Of a DNA stretch of 64,000 nt, positions 1 to 9,850 are shown piece after piece (position 1 is the first letter of the stretch; the number at the start of each line of letters is the position of its first letter). The notes under the pieces are model-generated. The model was given only the letters and a program-made list of their open reading frames with translations, did not search any database and was not told where the DNA came from. Both the position numbers and the translations under genes were made by a program. The DNA comes from a virus. The stretch is taken from the IMG/VR virus record IMGVR_UViG_3300027833_000028, positions 1 through 64,000 of that record. The stretch is one strand, 5' to 3'.

Positions 1-102
1 AAAATGAAAGCAAAGCGTAAGTCTTTTAAAGCTAGACACGGAAAGAATATAAAGAAAGGTAAGATGTCTGCAGCATACTGGGCAGATAAAGTTAAATGGT
101 AG
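1..102 (+). CDS. C-terminal part of a small basic phage protein (...KRKSFKARHGKNIKKGKMSAAYWADKVKW)
   Basis: Frame 1 is open from base 1 to TAG at 100-102. K/R-rich, ending SAAYWADKVKW, a type of C-terminus I recall from small phage proteins. Not in the ORF track. Confidence 0.7.
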   Translation, partial: KMKAKRKSFKARHGKNIKKGKMSAAYWADKVKW

Positions 103-105
103 ATT

Positions 106-366
106 ATGACAGCAGCACAATTAAGAGAATTAGGATTTACTAAAATGGGTCATCATGAAGATGATGATTGGCCAGAAGGATATTATTATTTTAGTATTGA
201 GTTTGGTGATATGCTATTTCACTCTGGAGGTAATGATGAAGCAGAAGAAGATGGTGGATGGTATATTCAAGATCCGTCATATACAATTAAAATATGGCAA
301 TACTCGGAAGCCAAAATGTTAATAGACGTATTGAGACGTAATACGGTTTCTAAAATAAGTATCTAA
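106..366 (+). CDS. Hypothetical acidic protein
   Basis: 86-aa ORF starting 3 nt after the upstream stop. Confidence 0.7.
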   Translation: MTAAQLRELGFTKMGHHEDDDWPEGYYYFSIEFGDMLFHSGGNDEAEEDGGWYIQDPSYTIKIWQYSEAKMLIDVLRRNTVSKISI

Positions 367-392
367 ACTTTTTTTATTTAAACTATTTTTGT

Positions 393-400
393 TACCTTTG
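393..400 (+). promoter_or_regulatory. Bacteroidota sigma-A -7 element (TACCTTTG)
   Basis: Exact TAnnTTTG consensus in an intergenic gap, 23 nt upstream of the ATG at 424. Confidence 0.6.
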
Positions 401-423
401 TTTTTATTAACTTTAAAAAACAT

Positions 424-738
424 ATGATGACAGATTTTAAAACCAATGAAAATCTTCAAGACAAAGATCCAAAAATGTCTAAAGAAGAAATGGCAGCACG
501 TAGAGATGAAATTACTACATTCTACAAAGACAACATACCACATTTAGAAGTACAAGCAGATTATGAAACTCTTTTAGCTGCAATTGAAAAAGCTAGGGCA
601 GAGCGTATGCAAGCACAAATGTTTATGGCACAACAATATGCTGCACAAAAAGGTGAGGGAACTCCTGATCCTGAATCTCCAGAAGGAAAGGCATTTCAAG
701 ATGCAATGGCTAAAGCAATGACAAATGAAACAGCTTAA
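424..738 (+). CDS. Hypothetical helical/coiled-coil protein
   Basis: 104-aa ORF rich in A/E/Q/K, with an A-rich leader. Confidence 0.75.
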   Translation: MMTDFKTNENLQDKDPKMSKEEMAARRDEITTFYKDNIPHLEVQADYETLLAAIEKARAERMQAQMFMAQQYAAQKGEGTPDPESPEGKAFQDAMAKAMTNETA

Positions 739-1648
739 GAAAGGAGATAGAGGTTCTGACGTAAAAACTCTACAAACAAAATTAGGGCTGTCAGTTGATG
801 GTGTGTTTGGTCCTATAACAGAAAAAGCTGTTGAGAGATTTCAATTAGACAAGGACATAATGGTTACTGGTGTAGTTGATTCAAACATGTGGGTTTTAGT
901 ACTTAACATGGAATATAAAATTGATGATTCAATAATTGAAGATACTGATGCGTCATCACAATACTTTACTACAAGATTTAATCAAATAATTCACAAACAT
1001 TATTTACCTAAAGATGAATATGTAAAAGGACCAATACAAAACAGTTATATATTTTTGCATCATACGGCAGGAAATCCTAACCCATACAGGTGTATTGATC
1101 ATTGGGGAAGAGATAGCAGAGGACGTATTGCCACTGAATTTGTTTTAGGTGGTATTAATCATAGAAATGGAGATGATGAGTTTGATGGTGTAATGGTACA
1201 AGCATTTCCAGAAGGTAGTCAAGCATATCATTTAGGAAAAACAGGATCAGGTTATATGAACCGTCATTCTGTAGGACTAGAGATTTGTAACATGGGATAT
1301 TTAAATAGCAAAGATATGACTACATATGTTGGCTCAAAATGTATCAAGGAGCAAGTTTATGAATTACCTGAACACTTTAAAGGTAAGTTACATTGGCATA
1401 ACTATTCTGAAGCCCAAATTAAAGAAACTGAAAAGTGGATAAAATATGTTGCTGAGAGAGATGAAATAGATGTTAGGTTAGGATTAAAACAATACATCAA
1501 AAAATTTGGAGCAACAAAAGGCTTTGACTTTCAAGAGGATGCTTATTATGGAAAAGTCAAAGGATTATTAACACATACCAATGTAAGAAAAGGAAAAATG
1601 GATTGTTATCCTCATCCTGATTTTGTTGATATGATAATGAGTTTATAA
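725..1648 (+). CDS. Endolysin: N-terminal peptidoglycan-binding domain plus Zn-dependent N-acetylmuramoyl-L-alanine amidase (Amidase_2 type)
   Basis: LKKGDRGSDVKTLQ...DGVFGPITEKAVERFQ is a PG_binding_1 pattern. IFLHHTAG, SVGLEICN and LLTHTNVRKGKMDC supply His/His/Cys zinc ligands. Confidence 0.88.
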   Translation: MKQLKKGDRGSDVKTLQTKLGLSVDGVFGPITEKAVERFQLDKDIMVTGVVDSNMWVLVLNMEYKIDDSIIEDTDASSQYFTTRFNQIIHKHYLPKDEYVKGPIQNSYIFLHHTAGNPNPYRCIDHWGRDSRGRIATEFVLGGINHRNGDDEFDGVMVQAFPEGSQAYHLGKTGSGYMNRHSVGLEICNMGYLNSKDMTTYVGSKCIKEQVYELPEHFKGKLHWHNYSEAQIKETEKWIKYVAERDEIDVRLGLKQYIKKFGATKGFDFQEDAYYGKVKGLLTHTNVRKGKMDCYPHPDFVDMIMSL

Positions 1649-1649
1649 A

Positions 1650-2021
1650 ATGGCAATTGTAAATAAAGTAGATCTTAAACATCAAGTAGATATTAATGTT
1701 TCAATAAAGTATCAAATAGTTACATACTGTTTCTTTAATGATACATTGATAAGTAATTCTGACTTAAAGTTTTTAACTGAACTAGCAAAAGAAAAAGGTA
1801 TTGAATTAACTAAGTTTTGTAACAAGACTGTTAATGAAGATATATTTAAAAGTGCACAATCAGCTAGAAATGCAATAACTAAAGCAGAAAAAAAAGGTCT
1901 GCTTGTTAAGACAGGACATAATAAAAAAACTATTAAGTTAAATCCTGATATTAATGTACAATCTAATGGTTTAGTATTATTAGATTATAAAATATTAGGA
2001 CGTGAATCCGAAAAGTCATAA
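1650..2021 (+). CDS. Putative winged-helix DNA-binding protein
   Basis: SARNAITKAEKKGLLVK followed by a beta-hairpin resembles a wHTH recognition helix and wing. Confidence 0.5.
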   Translation: MAIVNKVDLKHQVDINVSIKYQIVTYCFFNDTLISNSDLKFLTELAKEKGIELTKFCNKTVNEDIFKSAQSARNAITKAEKKGLLVKTGHNKKTIKLNPDINVQSNGLVLLDYKILGRESEKS

Positions 2022-2358
2022 AGATCTAAGAAAGGGTATTGCTGATGAAGTTGGTGTTCATCCTACTGTTGTAGATGATTTTATATCATTTTATTATGCA
2101 AAAGTTAGAAAGAAACTTTCAACTTTAGCTTATCCTAGAATAAATATAGACGGGTTAGGTACATTTTATCTAAGAAAAAATAAACTTGATAAAGCAATTT
2201 TAAAAAATAAAAGTTTATTGGGAAATATTGCTAAAAGAACTTACAACGGTTTTGCACAAAGTGAAGATATACATAAGAATATAGTTGAGATGGAGTCAGC
2301 AATGAAGCAGTTAGAAAAAGATATTAAAATTAAAAAAAAATTTAAAAATGAAAGGTAA
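2002..2358 (+). CDS. HU/IHF-like DNA-binding protein (GTG start)
   Basis: Helices DLRKGIADEVGV..VVDDFI followed by RINIDGLGTFYLR, the HU/IHF signature strand. Confidence 0.7.
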   Translation: MNPKSHKDLRKGIADEVGVHPTVVDDFISFYYAKVRKKLSTLAYPRINIDGLGTFYLRKNKLDKAILKNKSLLGNIAKRTYNGFAQSEDIHKNIVEMESAMKQLEKDIKIKKKFKNER

Positions 2359-2680
2359 GTGGGGTAAATATCTTGATGTGTTTAAAAACGCTGATGCTAT
2401 TGTAGATGGTATTGCAAATACTATATTTAAAAAAGAACATGTTGAAGCTGCTGCAGCTGAAAGATTTATAGTTTGTATAGGTTGTTCTTTATTTGATGCT
2501 AAAGGTGATGACTGTTTAGTGCCGGGTACCCAACCTTGTTGTAGTGACTGTGGGTGTTCTTTGGCATTTAAAGTTAGATCATTATCATCAGAGTGTCCTA
2601 AAGGATATTGGGATGCATATACAACGGAGGAACAAGAAGAAATAATAACTAAACAAATTGAAAATGGAAAAGCTGACTAA
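2348..2680 (+). CDS. Small Cys-rich putative metal-binding protein
   Basis: R..vCxxC...C.....CCxxCGC...K......CP..yW pattern. Confidence 0.7.
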   Translation: MKGKWGKYLDVFKNADAIVDGIANTIFKKEHVEAAAAERFIVCIGCSLFDAKGDDCLVPGTQPCCSDCGCSLAFKVRSLSSECPKGYWDAYTTEEQEEIITKQIENGKAD

Positions 2681-2822
2681 AGAACAAATAGTAGGAGAAC
2701 TATTAGCTGAAGGGCAAATAACCGCAGAAGAAGCAGTTACTTTATTAACTGAAAAAGCTAGTACAATAATAAATAATTACACAACTCCTGAAAAATATTA
2801 TTATACAACAACAACAACATAA
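2664..2822 (+). CDS. Small hypothetical protein, 52 aa (MEKLTKEQIVGELLAEGQITAEEAVTLL...)
   Basis: ATG 2664 to TAA 2820-2822 fills the gap between neighbours. GQITAEEA..LL is a short helix-turn-helix-like motif. Below the ORF-track cutoff. Confidence 0.65.
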   Translation: MEKLTKEQIVGELLAEGQITAEEAVTLLTEKASTIINNYTTPEKYYYTTTTT

Positions 2823-2832
2823 AAACTAAATC

Positions 2833-3648
2833 ATGGGACTAAAATTTGTAGAAGAGGGTCATGTGTATGAAAGTACAAATGATGAAAAAATAAATTGGCT
2901 AAGTGTTACTTCATTTATTGCTAAGTTTAAACCTAAGTTTGATAGAGATGGTCAAGCTAAGAAATCATCTAAAAATAAAAGGTCCAAGTGGTATGGTATG
3001 ACACCAAAAGAAATCCTGGCTGCATGGGATGGTGAGACAGCAAGAGCTATTAAGTTAGGTAACTTTTATCATGATCAAAGAGAAGCAGATATGCTTGATT
3101 TAAAAACAATAGGTAGACATGGTGTGGAAGTTCCCATCATTAAGCCTATTATTGATGAACAAGGAACTAAATTTGCACCAAAACAAAAACTTGATGAAGG
3201 TGTTTATCCAGAACATTTAGTATATTTAAAATCAGCTGGTTTATGTGGTCAAGCAGATGTAGTTGAAGTAGTTAATGGTTATATAAACATTAATGATTAC
3301 AAGACAAACAAAGAAATAAAAGAAAAAGGATTTACTAATTGGGAGGGCATTACTAATAAAATGTATAAGCCAGTTAATCATTTGGATGATTGTAATTTAA
3401 ATCATTATAACTTACAGCTTAGTCTTTATGCGTATATTATTAAGAAGCATAACCCTAAACTTAAAATAGGTAAGTTGACTATACAACATGTAAAGTTTAA
3501 ACAGGTTGGTGAAGATGCAAATGGTTATCCTATAAATGAACATGTAAATGGAGAACCCGTTTTAGAAAAAATTAAAATTTATGAATTACCATATTTAAAA
3601 GATGAAGTAAATTCAATTATTATGTGGTTAAAAGACAATCAATTATGA
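2833..3648 (+). CDS. PD-(D/E)XK family exonuclease
   Basis: LSVTSFI, GNFYH, GQADVV...INDYKT and YNLQLSLYAY motifs. Confidence 0.85.
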   Translation: MGLKFVEEGHVYESTNDEKINWLSVTSFIAKFKPKFDRDGQAKKSSKNKRSKWYGMTPKEILAAWDGETARAIKLGNFYHDQREADMLDLKTIGRHGVEVPIIKPIIDEQGTKFAPKQKLDEGVYPEHLVYLKSAGLCGQADVVEVVNGYININDYKTNKEIKEKGFTNWEGITNKMYKPVNHLDDCNLNHYNLQLSLYAYIIKKHNPKLKIGKLTIQHVKFKQVGEDANGYPINEHVNGEPVLEKIKIYELPYLKDEVNSIIMWLKDNQL

Positions 3649-3902
3649 AAGAATATATAGCAGCAGTAGCAGTACAATCATTAAAATCTAAAGTTCCAAC
3701 AGATTTTAGATTTGAGGAAACAAAAATAATGATTAACTTAGATAGGGTATCATGGTTTAAACAATATTGGAATGTAGCTACAGAAAAGTTTAAACATACT
3801 TATACTGAAGTACTTATTCATGGGCAAGAAATACCTATATTAATAGTAATACCATATGAAGAATTTAAACAAGATATTTCTAACTTTTTAAAACACATAT
3901 AA
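3645..3902 (+). CDS. Hypothetical protein
   Basis: ATG at 3645 overlaps the upstream TGA (ATGA coupling), so it is preferred over the track start at 3624. Confidence 0.65.
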   Translation: MKEYIAAVAVQSLKSKVPTDFRFEETKIMINLDRVSWFKQYWNVATEKFKHTYTEVLIHGQEIPILIVIPYEEFKQDISNFLKHI

Positions 3903-4420
3903 TGGTAATAAGATTATTTGACATACAGAACAGTAAGGTTGTCTTAACAGAACACTGTTATGCATTGCCATTTCTAAAGAGTATAATGGAGAAGTATCCA
4001 GACACACATATGCAAGTATATCAATACTTATTTTACATGACATGTCCTAATCCAGATTTAAATCCATTCTTTAATCTTCCAGAACATGAGAAAGAAGATA
4101 TTATTATTGAAGAGATTGGCTTAGAAGAATCTCCAGAAGATGGTAAGATAAGATATGCAATAGATATGTGTAAGCAAATGTATGAAACACCTACCTATAG
4201 GGCCTATGTGGGTATTAAAGCTATGTTAGATAGATTAGCAAGGTATATGGAGGTAACCCCTATTGAACACGGTAGAGATGGTAATATGAATTCTATGATT
4301 AATGCAGCTGCTAAGTTTGAACAAATTAGACAATCATATAAAGGTGCATTTACTGATATGCAACAAGAACAAGAAAGTTCAGTACGTGGTGGTGCTGGAT
4401 TAGCTTATGATCAAATCTAA
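3902..4420 (+). CDS. Conserved phage protein, candidate small terminase subunit
   Basis: 172 aa, helical, C-terminal VRGG, just upstream of terL. The function is inferred from position only. Confidence 0.45.
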   Translation: MVIRLFDIQNSKVVLTEHCYALPFLKSIMEKYPDTHMQVYQYLFYMTCPNPDLNPFFNLPEHEKEDIIIEEIGLEESPEDGKIRYAIDMCKQMYETPTYRAYVGIKAMLDRLARYMEVTPIEHGRDGNMNSMINAAAKFEQIRQSYKGAFTDMQQEQESSVRGGAGLAYDQI

Positions 4421-4567
4421 ATGAATAAAAAAAAATCAGAATGGCTCTTTTGTTATTGGGATGAACCAAAATTTAATAATAAATCAACAAATAAAAAGAA
4501 TGAAAAATCAAGTAGTAGTACCAGTAGGAATGAAGTTACTAATAAAGGAGATAAAAGCAGAGACTAA
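4421..4567 (+). CDS. Possible 48-aa micro-ORF (MNKKKSEWLFCYWDEPKF...)
   Basis: ATG immediately follows the upstream stop and the ORF fills the gap before groES; its 3' half overlaps groES. Confidence 0.3.
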   Translation: MNKKKSEWLFCYWDEPKFNNKSTNKKNEKSSSSTSRNEVTNKGDKSRD

Positions 4568-4778
4568 AACTGCCTCTGGAATTATATTACCTGAAATGGC
4601 ACGTAAAAAAACTTTTCAAGGTGAAGTTGTAGGACGGGGAGATGAGGTAAAAGAAATTCAAATAGGAGATGTAGTGCAATATGCTGATCATGCAATGCCA
4701 ACACCAATGCAACATCATAATGAAGAACATTTATTATTGCAAGTAGGAGACGTATATGCTATCATAAGATATGAGTAG
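4500..4778 (+). CDS. groES: Co-chaperonin GroES (Cpn10)
   Basis: VPVGMKLLIK, mobile loop KTASGIILP, GEVVGRG, IQIGDVV, LLLQVGDVYAII. Start at ATG 4500 gives a typical 92 aa. Confidence 0.92.
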   Translation: MKNQVVVPVGMKLLIKEIKAETKTASGIILPEMARKKTFQGEVVGRGDEVKEIQIGDVVQYADHAMPTPMQHHNEEHLLLQVGDVYAIIRYE

Positions 4779-6960
4779 AGTTATACCTACATATGAGAAA
4801 GGTTTATGGACAACAACTGAATTTAATACGGATATAGAATTTAGAGAATATCTTGAGTCTATATTTAAGGAACCGGGTAAGTATGATTTTACAAAAATTG
4901 CTTTAAAGTTTAATCAAGAAGCAAGAACATTTAATAAGGATGGTTATTATATCAATGCTCCTTTTAGATCTAAAGATTTTACAGCTTATTGGGAAGATCA
5001 AAAGAATAAATGTAGAGTTGGAGTAATATATAAAGATCAAGGAAAAGCCTGGTATCTAACTAGGGATTACTATATGTGGTTAAACTTCTTACCTATCTTT
5101 GATAAAGAAGAGAAACATTATGGTTTTGCTAAAGTAAGAGATGCACAATATCATATGGCATTGTATGAAGTAATATCTGAATTAAATAATCAGCATGTTG
5201 CTATATTAAAAAAACGTCAGATAGCATCTTCTTATTTTCATATGGGTAAAATCATAAACCAATATTGGTTTGAAGAAGGATCTATATGTAAAATTGGTGC
5301 TTCATTAAAAGATTATATTAATGATAAAGGATCATGGAAGTTTCTAGAAGAATACAAAACATTTCTTAATGAACATACTGCATGGTATAGACCTAGTAAT
5401 CCAGAAAAAGTATTATTATGGCAACAGCAAATAGAAGTCAAAGTAAACAATAGAAAAACATCAAGAGGTCTTAAATCAAAGATACAAGGTGCTTCATTTG
5501 AAAAGAATGCTACCACAGGGGTAGGGGGGCCTTGTACATATTTCTTTCATGAGGAAGCAGGAATTGCAAAAAACATGATGCAGACTTATGAGTACTTGCG
5601 TCCTGCAATGTCTTCAGGTATGATGACAACAGGTCAATTTATAGCTGCTGGTTCAGTTGGTGATTTAGAACAATGTGGTCCATTAAAGGATATGATTTTA
5701 AATCCAGGTGCAAATGACATATATGCGGTAGAGACTAACCTAATGGACGCTGATGGTACTATTGGTATGGCAGGGTTATTTATTCCTGAACAGTGGTCTA
5801 TGCCACCTTATATTGATGATTATGGTAACTCTCAAGTTGAAGAAGCTATTAAAGCAATTAATATAGAAAGGGATAGATGGAGAAATGAATTAAGTGGAGA
5901 ACAATTTCAATTAAGAATATCTCAGAAACCTTTAAATATTGCTGAAGCATTTGCATATAGAAAAGAATCAGTATTTCCTCAAGGTGTATTATCCAGACAA
6001 TTAAAAAGAATTGAGGAAAAAGAATATCCTTATGAGTTAATTGAACTAGATAGAGATAGCACAGGTATTGTTGCTAAGCGTACAAGTAAATTACCTATAT
6101 CTTCATTTCCAGTAAATAAAAAAGAAGTTGATAAAACAGGTTCAATTGTTGTATGGGAAAGACCAGTAAAGAGCCCATCTTTTGGAGCATACTACGGTTC
6201 TATTGATCCTGTCTCAGAAGGTAAAACAACAACCTCTGATTCATTGTGTAGTATATTTATATATAAAAATGCAATTGAAGTAACAAGAACAACTGTATCA
6301 GGTGAAATAGAACAGTTTATAGAAAAAGATAAAATTGTGGCAGCATGGTGTGGACGTTTTGATGATATAAACAAAACCCATGAAAGGTTAGAAATGATTA
6401 TTGAATGGTACAATGCCTGGACAATAGTTGAAAATAATATATCATTATTTATTCAACATATGATTGCCAGAAAAAAACAAAGATACCTTGTACCTAAACA
6501 ACAAATACTTTTTCTAAAAGATTTAGGATCAAACAGAACTGTATATCAAGAGTATGGTTGGAAAAATACAGGTACATTATTTAAAAGTCATTTGATATCT
6601 TATGCAATAGAATTTTTAAGAGAGGTTATTGATGAAGAGCTTGATGAAAATGGTAATGTAATGAAACAAACATTAGGTGTAGAAAGAATTCCTGATCCTA
6701 TGTTACTGAAAGAAATGTTAGCTTATTATCCTGGATTAAACGTAGATAGACTTGTTACATTTGGTGCATTAATAGCATTTGTAAAAATACAACAATCAAA
6801 TAGAGGTTATACAAAGAGACGTGAATCAGAAGGTAATTCTTTGGATAGTTCAGAAAAAATGAGTAAATTAAAGTATAGTGGTCCTTTTAGAAATATAGGG
6901 CGTAACAAGACATTTGGAAGTTCTAAAAATAGAAGGTCCGGATTCAAGAATATAAAATAG
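4771..6960 (+). CDS. terL: Terminase large subunit
   Basis: Walker A-like ILKKRQIASS, Walker B YFFHEEAG, nuclease-domain GSIDP and NVDR; adjacent to the portal gene. Confidence 0.92.
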   Translation: MSRVIPTYEKGLWTTTEFNTDIEFREYLESIFKEPGKYDFTKIALKFNQEARTFNKDGYYINAPFRSKDFTAYWEDQKNKCRVGVIYKDQGKAWYLTRDYYMWLNFLPIFDKEEKHYGFAKVRDAQYHMALYEVISELNNQHVAILKKRQIASSYFHMGKIINQYWFEEGSICKIGASLKDYINDKGSWKFLEEYKTFLNEHTAWYRPSNPEKVLLWQQQIEVKVNNRKTSRGLKSKIQGASFEKNATTGVGGPCTYFFHEEAGIAKNMMQTYEYLRPAMSSGMMTTGQFIAAGSVGDLEQCGPLKDMILNPGANDIYAVETNLMDADGTIGMAGLFIPEQWSMPPYIDDYGNSQVEEAIKAINIERDRWRNELSGEQFQLRISQKPLNIAEAFAYRKESVFPQGVLSRQLKRIEEKEYPYELIELDRDSTGIVAKRTSKLPISSFPVNKKEVDKTGSIVVWERPVKSPSFGAYYGSIDPVSEGKTTTSDSLCSIFIYKNAIEVTRTTVSGEIEQFIEKDKIVAAWCGRFDDINKTHERLEMIIEWYNAWTIVENNISLFIQHMIARKKQRYLVPKQQILFLKDLGSNRTVYQEYGWKNTGTLFKSHLISYAIEFLREVIDEELDENGNVMKQTLGVERIPDPMLLKEMLAYYPGLNVDRLVTFGALIAFVKIQQSNRGYTKRRESEGNSLDSSEKMSKLKYSGPFRNIGRNKTFGSSKNRRSGFKNIK

Positions 6961-6970
6961 AACAAAGGAT

Positions 6971-9721
6971 ATGAGAGTATTAAACGCAATGCAAATGAAG
7001 AATGGGGCCAAAGCTGAAAGCGGGCCAACATTTTCTAGCTTAACACAGCCTATCCAGTTTTTACCTTACAAAGAAAAAACGGATGATTGGGCTGCATGGA
7101 ATTTAGATTGGCTAGAACTTCAAGGTATTGAGTTCTTACGTGTTAACTCTAGAAGATTGCTTAAAAATTATAAACTTGCTAAAGGGATTATTGACAAGAC
7201 TGATTACATTGTTGAACCAGACAATGAATATAAAGATCTTATGGATACCCTTACAGCAGAAAATGATTCTGCACTAGAGTTAAAGTTTTATCCAATTGTA
7301 CCCAATGTAATTAATGTATTAACTGGTGAATTTGCAAAGAGATATTCTAAAGTTCAATTTAGAGCTGTAGATGATGCATCATATAATGAAATGCTTGATG
7401 CTAAAAAAGTTCAGATAGAAGAAGCATTGTTATCTGAAGCAGAATCTAATCTAGTAACTAAGATGGTAGAGATGGGTATGGATCCTAGCTCAGAAGAAGC
7501 ACAAAAACAATTATCACCAGAAGGTTTAAAATCATTACCAGAAATAGAAGATTTTTTTAGTAAGTCTTATAGAAGTATGGTAGAAGAATGGGCATCCCAT
7601 CAACTTGCAGTAGATGAAGAAAGATTTAAAATGCAAGAACTTGAGGAAAGAGGATTTCAAGATATGCTTATTGCAGATAGAGAATTTTGGCATTTTAGAA
7701 TGTTAGAAGATGACTATGATGTAGAGTTATGGAATCCAGTATTAACTTTCTATCAAAAATCACCAGACCAAAGATATATAGCAGATTCTAACTATGCAGG
7801 TAAAGTAGATTTAATGACTGTATCAGATGTAGTAGATAGATATGGATATTTGATGGATGAAAAACAATTAAAATCTTTACAAAGAGTATATCCTGCTAGA
7901 TCTGCACAGTATCAAGTAAGTGGATATCAAAATGATGGTGCATACTATGACGCAACAAGATCACATGAATGGAATACTAATGCACCAGGATTAGCATACA
8001 GACAGTTTACATCTAATTATTGGGAAGACCCGGCAGCAGGTGGAGATATACTTAGTGAGATCTTAAATGAAAATGAAGATATTTCAATGTGGGGTGAAGG
8101 TGACTTGATGAGGGTTGCTACAATATATTGGAAAACACAAAGAAGAATAGGTCATCTTACAAAAATAGAAGATGATGGAGAAGTGACACAAGAGATTATA
8201 GATGAGACCTTTAAGAAAACAAAAAAGGCCATATATGACACTTCTATATTTAAACAAAAAACAAAAGAAACATTACTAGAGGGTGAACATATAGACTGGA
8301 TATGGATTAATGAAGTTTGGGGTGGTGTAAAAATTGGACCAAACTTACCTGCTATGTGGCAGTCTAGTATGGGTGATAATGTAAATCCAATATACTTAGG
8401 TATTAATAGAACTAAACCAGGTAGACTACCTTTTCAATTTAAAGGAGATAATTCATTATATGGTTGTAAACTACCTGTAGAGGGTAGAGTATTTTCAGAT
8501 AGAAATACTAGATCAACATCTTTAGTAGATTTAATGAAGGCGTATCAAGTTGGATATAATATGGTTAACAACCAAATTGCTGACATTCTAATAGATGAAT
8601 TAGGAACAGTAATAATGTTTGATCAGAATGCTTTACCACGTCACTCAATGGGAGAAGACTGGGGTAAGAATAATTATGCTAAAGCATATGTAGCAATGAA
8701 AGATTTTCAGATGCTACCTCTTGATACATCTATTACTAATACTGAGAATGCAACTAACTTTAATCACTATCAAACTCTAAACATGGAGCAGACTAGTAGA
8801 TTAATGTCTAGAATTCAACTTGCAAATTATTTTAAACAACAATGTTTTGATGCTATAGGTATTAACCCACAACGTCTTGGAGGAGCTGTATCAGCTCAAA
8901 CAGCTACAGGAGTAGTACAAGCTATGCAACAATCATATGCACAAACAGAAATGTATTTTGTACAGCATTCTGATCATTTGATGCCACGTATTCACCAGAT
9001 GAGAACTGACTTAGCACAATATTACTATAGTACTAATCCAAGTATTAGATTACAGTATATATCTACAGAAGCTGAGAAAGTTAATTTCCAAATTAATGGT
9101 ACAGATTTATTACTTAGAGATTTTAATGTATTTGCAACTACTAAGACTAACCATAGAGCTATCTTAGAAAACTTAAAGCAAATGGCATTAACTAACAATA
9201 CTACTGGAGCAAGTATATATGAGCTTGGTAATATTGTTAAAGCTGATAATATAGCTGAAGTATCAGATATACTAAAAGACTCTGAAGCAAGAGTTAAAGC
9301 ACAAAGAGAGCAGGACATGGCACAACAACGTGAAATGCAAGAGCAACAAATCAAAGCTAAACAACAAGAAGAGCAGCAGAAGTTGCAAGTTGAGATGGCA
9401 GAGAATGATAAAGACAGAAAGAATGATGTATTGTTAGCTGAGATTAGATCAGCTGGATATGGTTCTATGGTTGATTTGAATGAAAACAAACGATCTGATT
9501 ATCAAGATGCTATGAAAGATATAAAAGAAACTACCCAGTACAGAGAACAGATGAATTTTAAACGTCAAGAAAGCGCTACAAAATCTGTTCAAGAAAATGC
9601 TAGGTTGGGTGTTGAAAGAGAAAAGATTGCTGCTCAAAAACAAATAGCTGATACCAAACTACAAATTGCAAGAGAGAATAAAAACAAGTATGATGTAAAA
9701 AATAATAAGGATAAAAAGTAG
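6971..9721 (+). CDS. Portal protein
   Basis: 916 aa directly after terL. FYPIVPNVINVLTGE, GINPQRLG..SAQTATGV and a C-terminal coiled coil; size and position fit crAss-like portals. Confidence 0.85.
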   Translation: MRVLNAMQMKNGAKAESGPTFSSLTQPIQFLPYKEKTDDWAAWNLDWLELQGIEFLRVNSRRLLKNYKLAKGIIDKTDYIVEPDNEYKDLMDTLTAENDSALELKFYPIVPNVINVLTGEFAKRYSKVQFRAVDDASYNEMLDAKKVQIEEALLSEAESNLVTKMVEMGMDPSSEEAQKQLSPEGLKSLPEIEDFFSKSYRSMVEEWASHQLAVDEERFKMQELEERGFQDMLIADREFWHFRMLEDDYDVELWNPVLTFYQKSPDQRYIADSNYAGKVDLMTVSDVVDRYGYLMDEKQLKSLQRVYPARSAQYQVSGYQNDGAYYDATRSHEWNTNAPGLAYRQFTSNYWEDPAAGGDILSEILNENEDISMWGEGDLMRVATIYWKTQRRIGHLTKIEDDGEVTQEIIDETFKKTKKAIYDTSIFKQKTKETLLEGEHIDWIWINEVWGGVKIGPNLPAMWQSSMGDNVNPIYLGINRTKPGRLPFQFKGDNSLYGCKLPVEGRVFSDRNTRSTSLVDLMKAYQVGYNMVNNQIADILIDELGTVIMFDQNALPRHSMGEDWGKNNYAKAYVAMKDFQMLPLDTSITNTENATNFNHYQTLNMEQTSRLMSRIQLANYFKQQCFDAIGINPQRLGGAVSAQTATGVVQAMQQSYAQTEMYFVQHSDHLMPRIHQMRTDLAQYYYSTNPSIRLQYISTEAEKVNFQINGTDLLLRDFNVFATTKTNHRAILENLKQMALTNNTTGASIYELGNIVKADNIAEVSDILKDSEARVKAQREQDMAQQREMQEQQIKAKQQEEQQKLQVEMAENDKDRKNDVLLAEIRSAGYGSMVDLNENKRSDYQDAMKDIKETTQYREQMNFKRQESATKSVQENARLGVEREKIAAQKQIADTKLQIARENKNKYDVKNNKDKK

Positions 9722-9799
9722 TGTTAGCTATATACTGCTAAAAACTTTCACTAACCTTAAAATATTTTAAGTTTAACTTGATAGTTATAACAGAAACAT

Positions 9800-9811
9800 T
9801 TCTTATATTAT
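9800..9811 (+). promoter_or_regulatory. Variant of the recurrent TTTGTATATTAT motif (TTCTTATATTAT)
   Basis: Intergenic, about 40 nt upstream of the scaffold/MCP unit. Confidence 0.4.
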
Positions 9812-9850
9812 ATATGTAACAAGATATTAATTATTAAAACCAACATAATT

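Noticed and set aside
424-2021. Holin or spanin next to the endolysin
   Set aside because: Neighbouring ORFs have no transmembrane segments or lipobox.
2833-3648. Cas4/CRISPR system
   Set aside because: The nuclease lacks the four-Cys Fe-S pattern of Cas4, and no repeat-spacer array or other cas gene was seen.
4461-4499. Track start of groES at 4461
   Set aside because: It adds a non-homologous 13-aa extension; ATG 4500 gives a canonical-length GroES.
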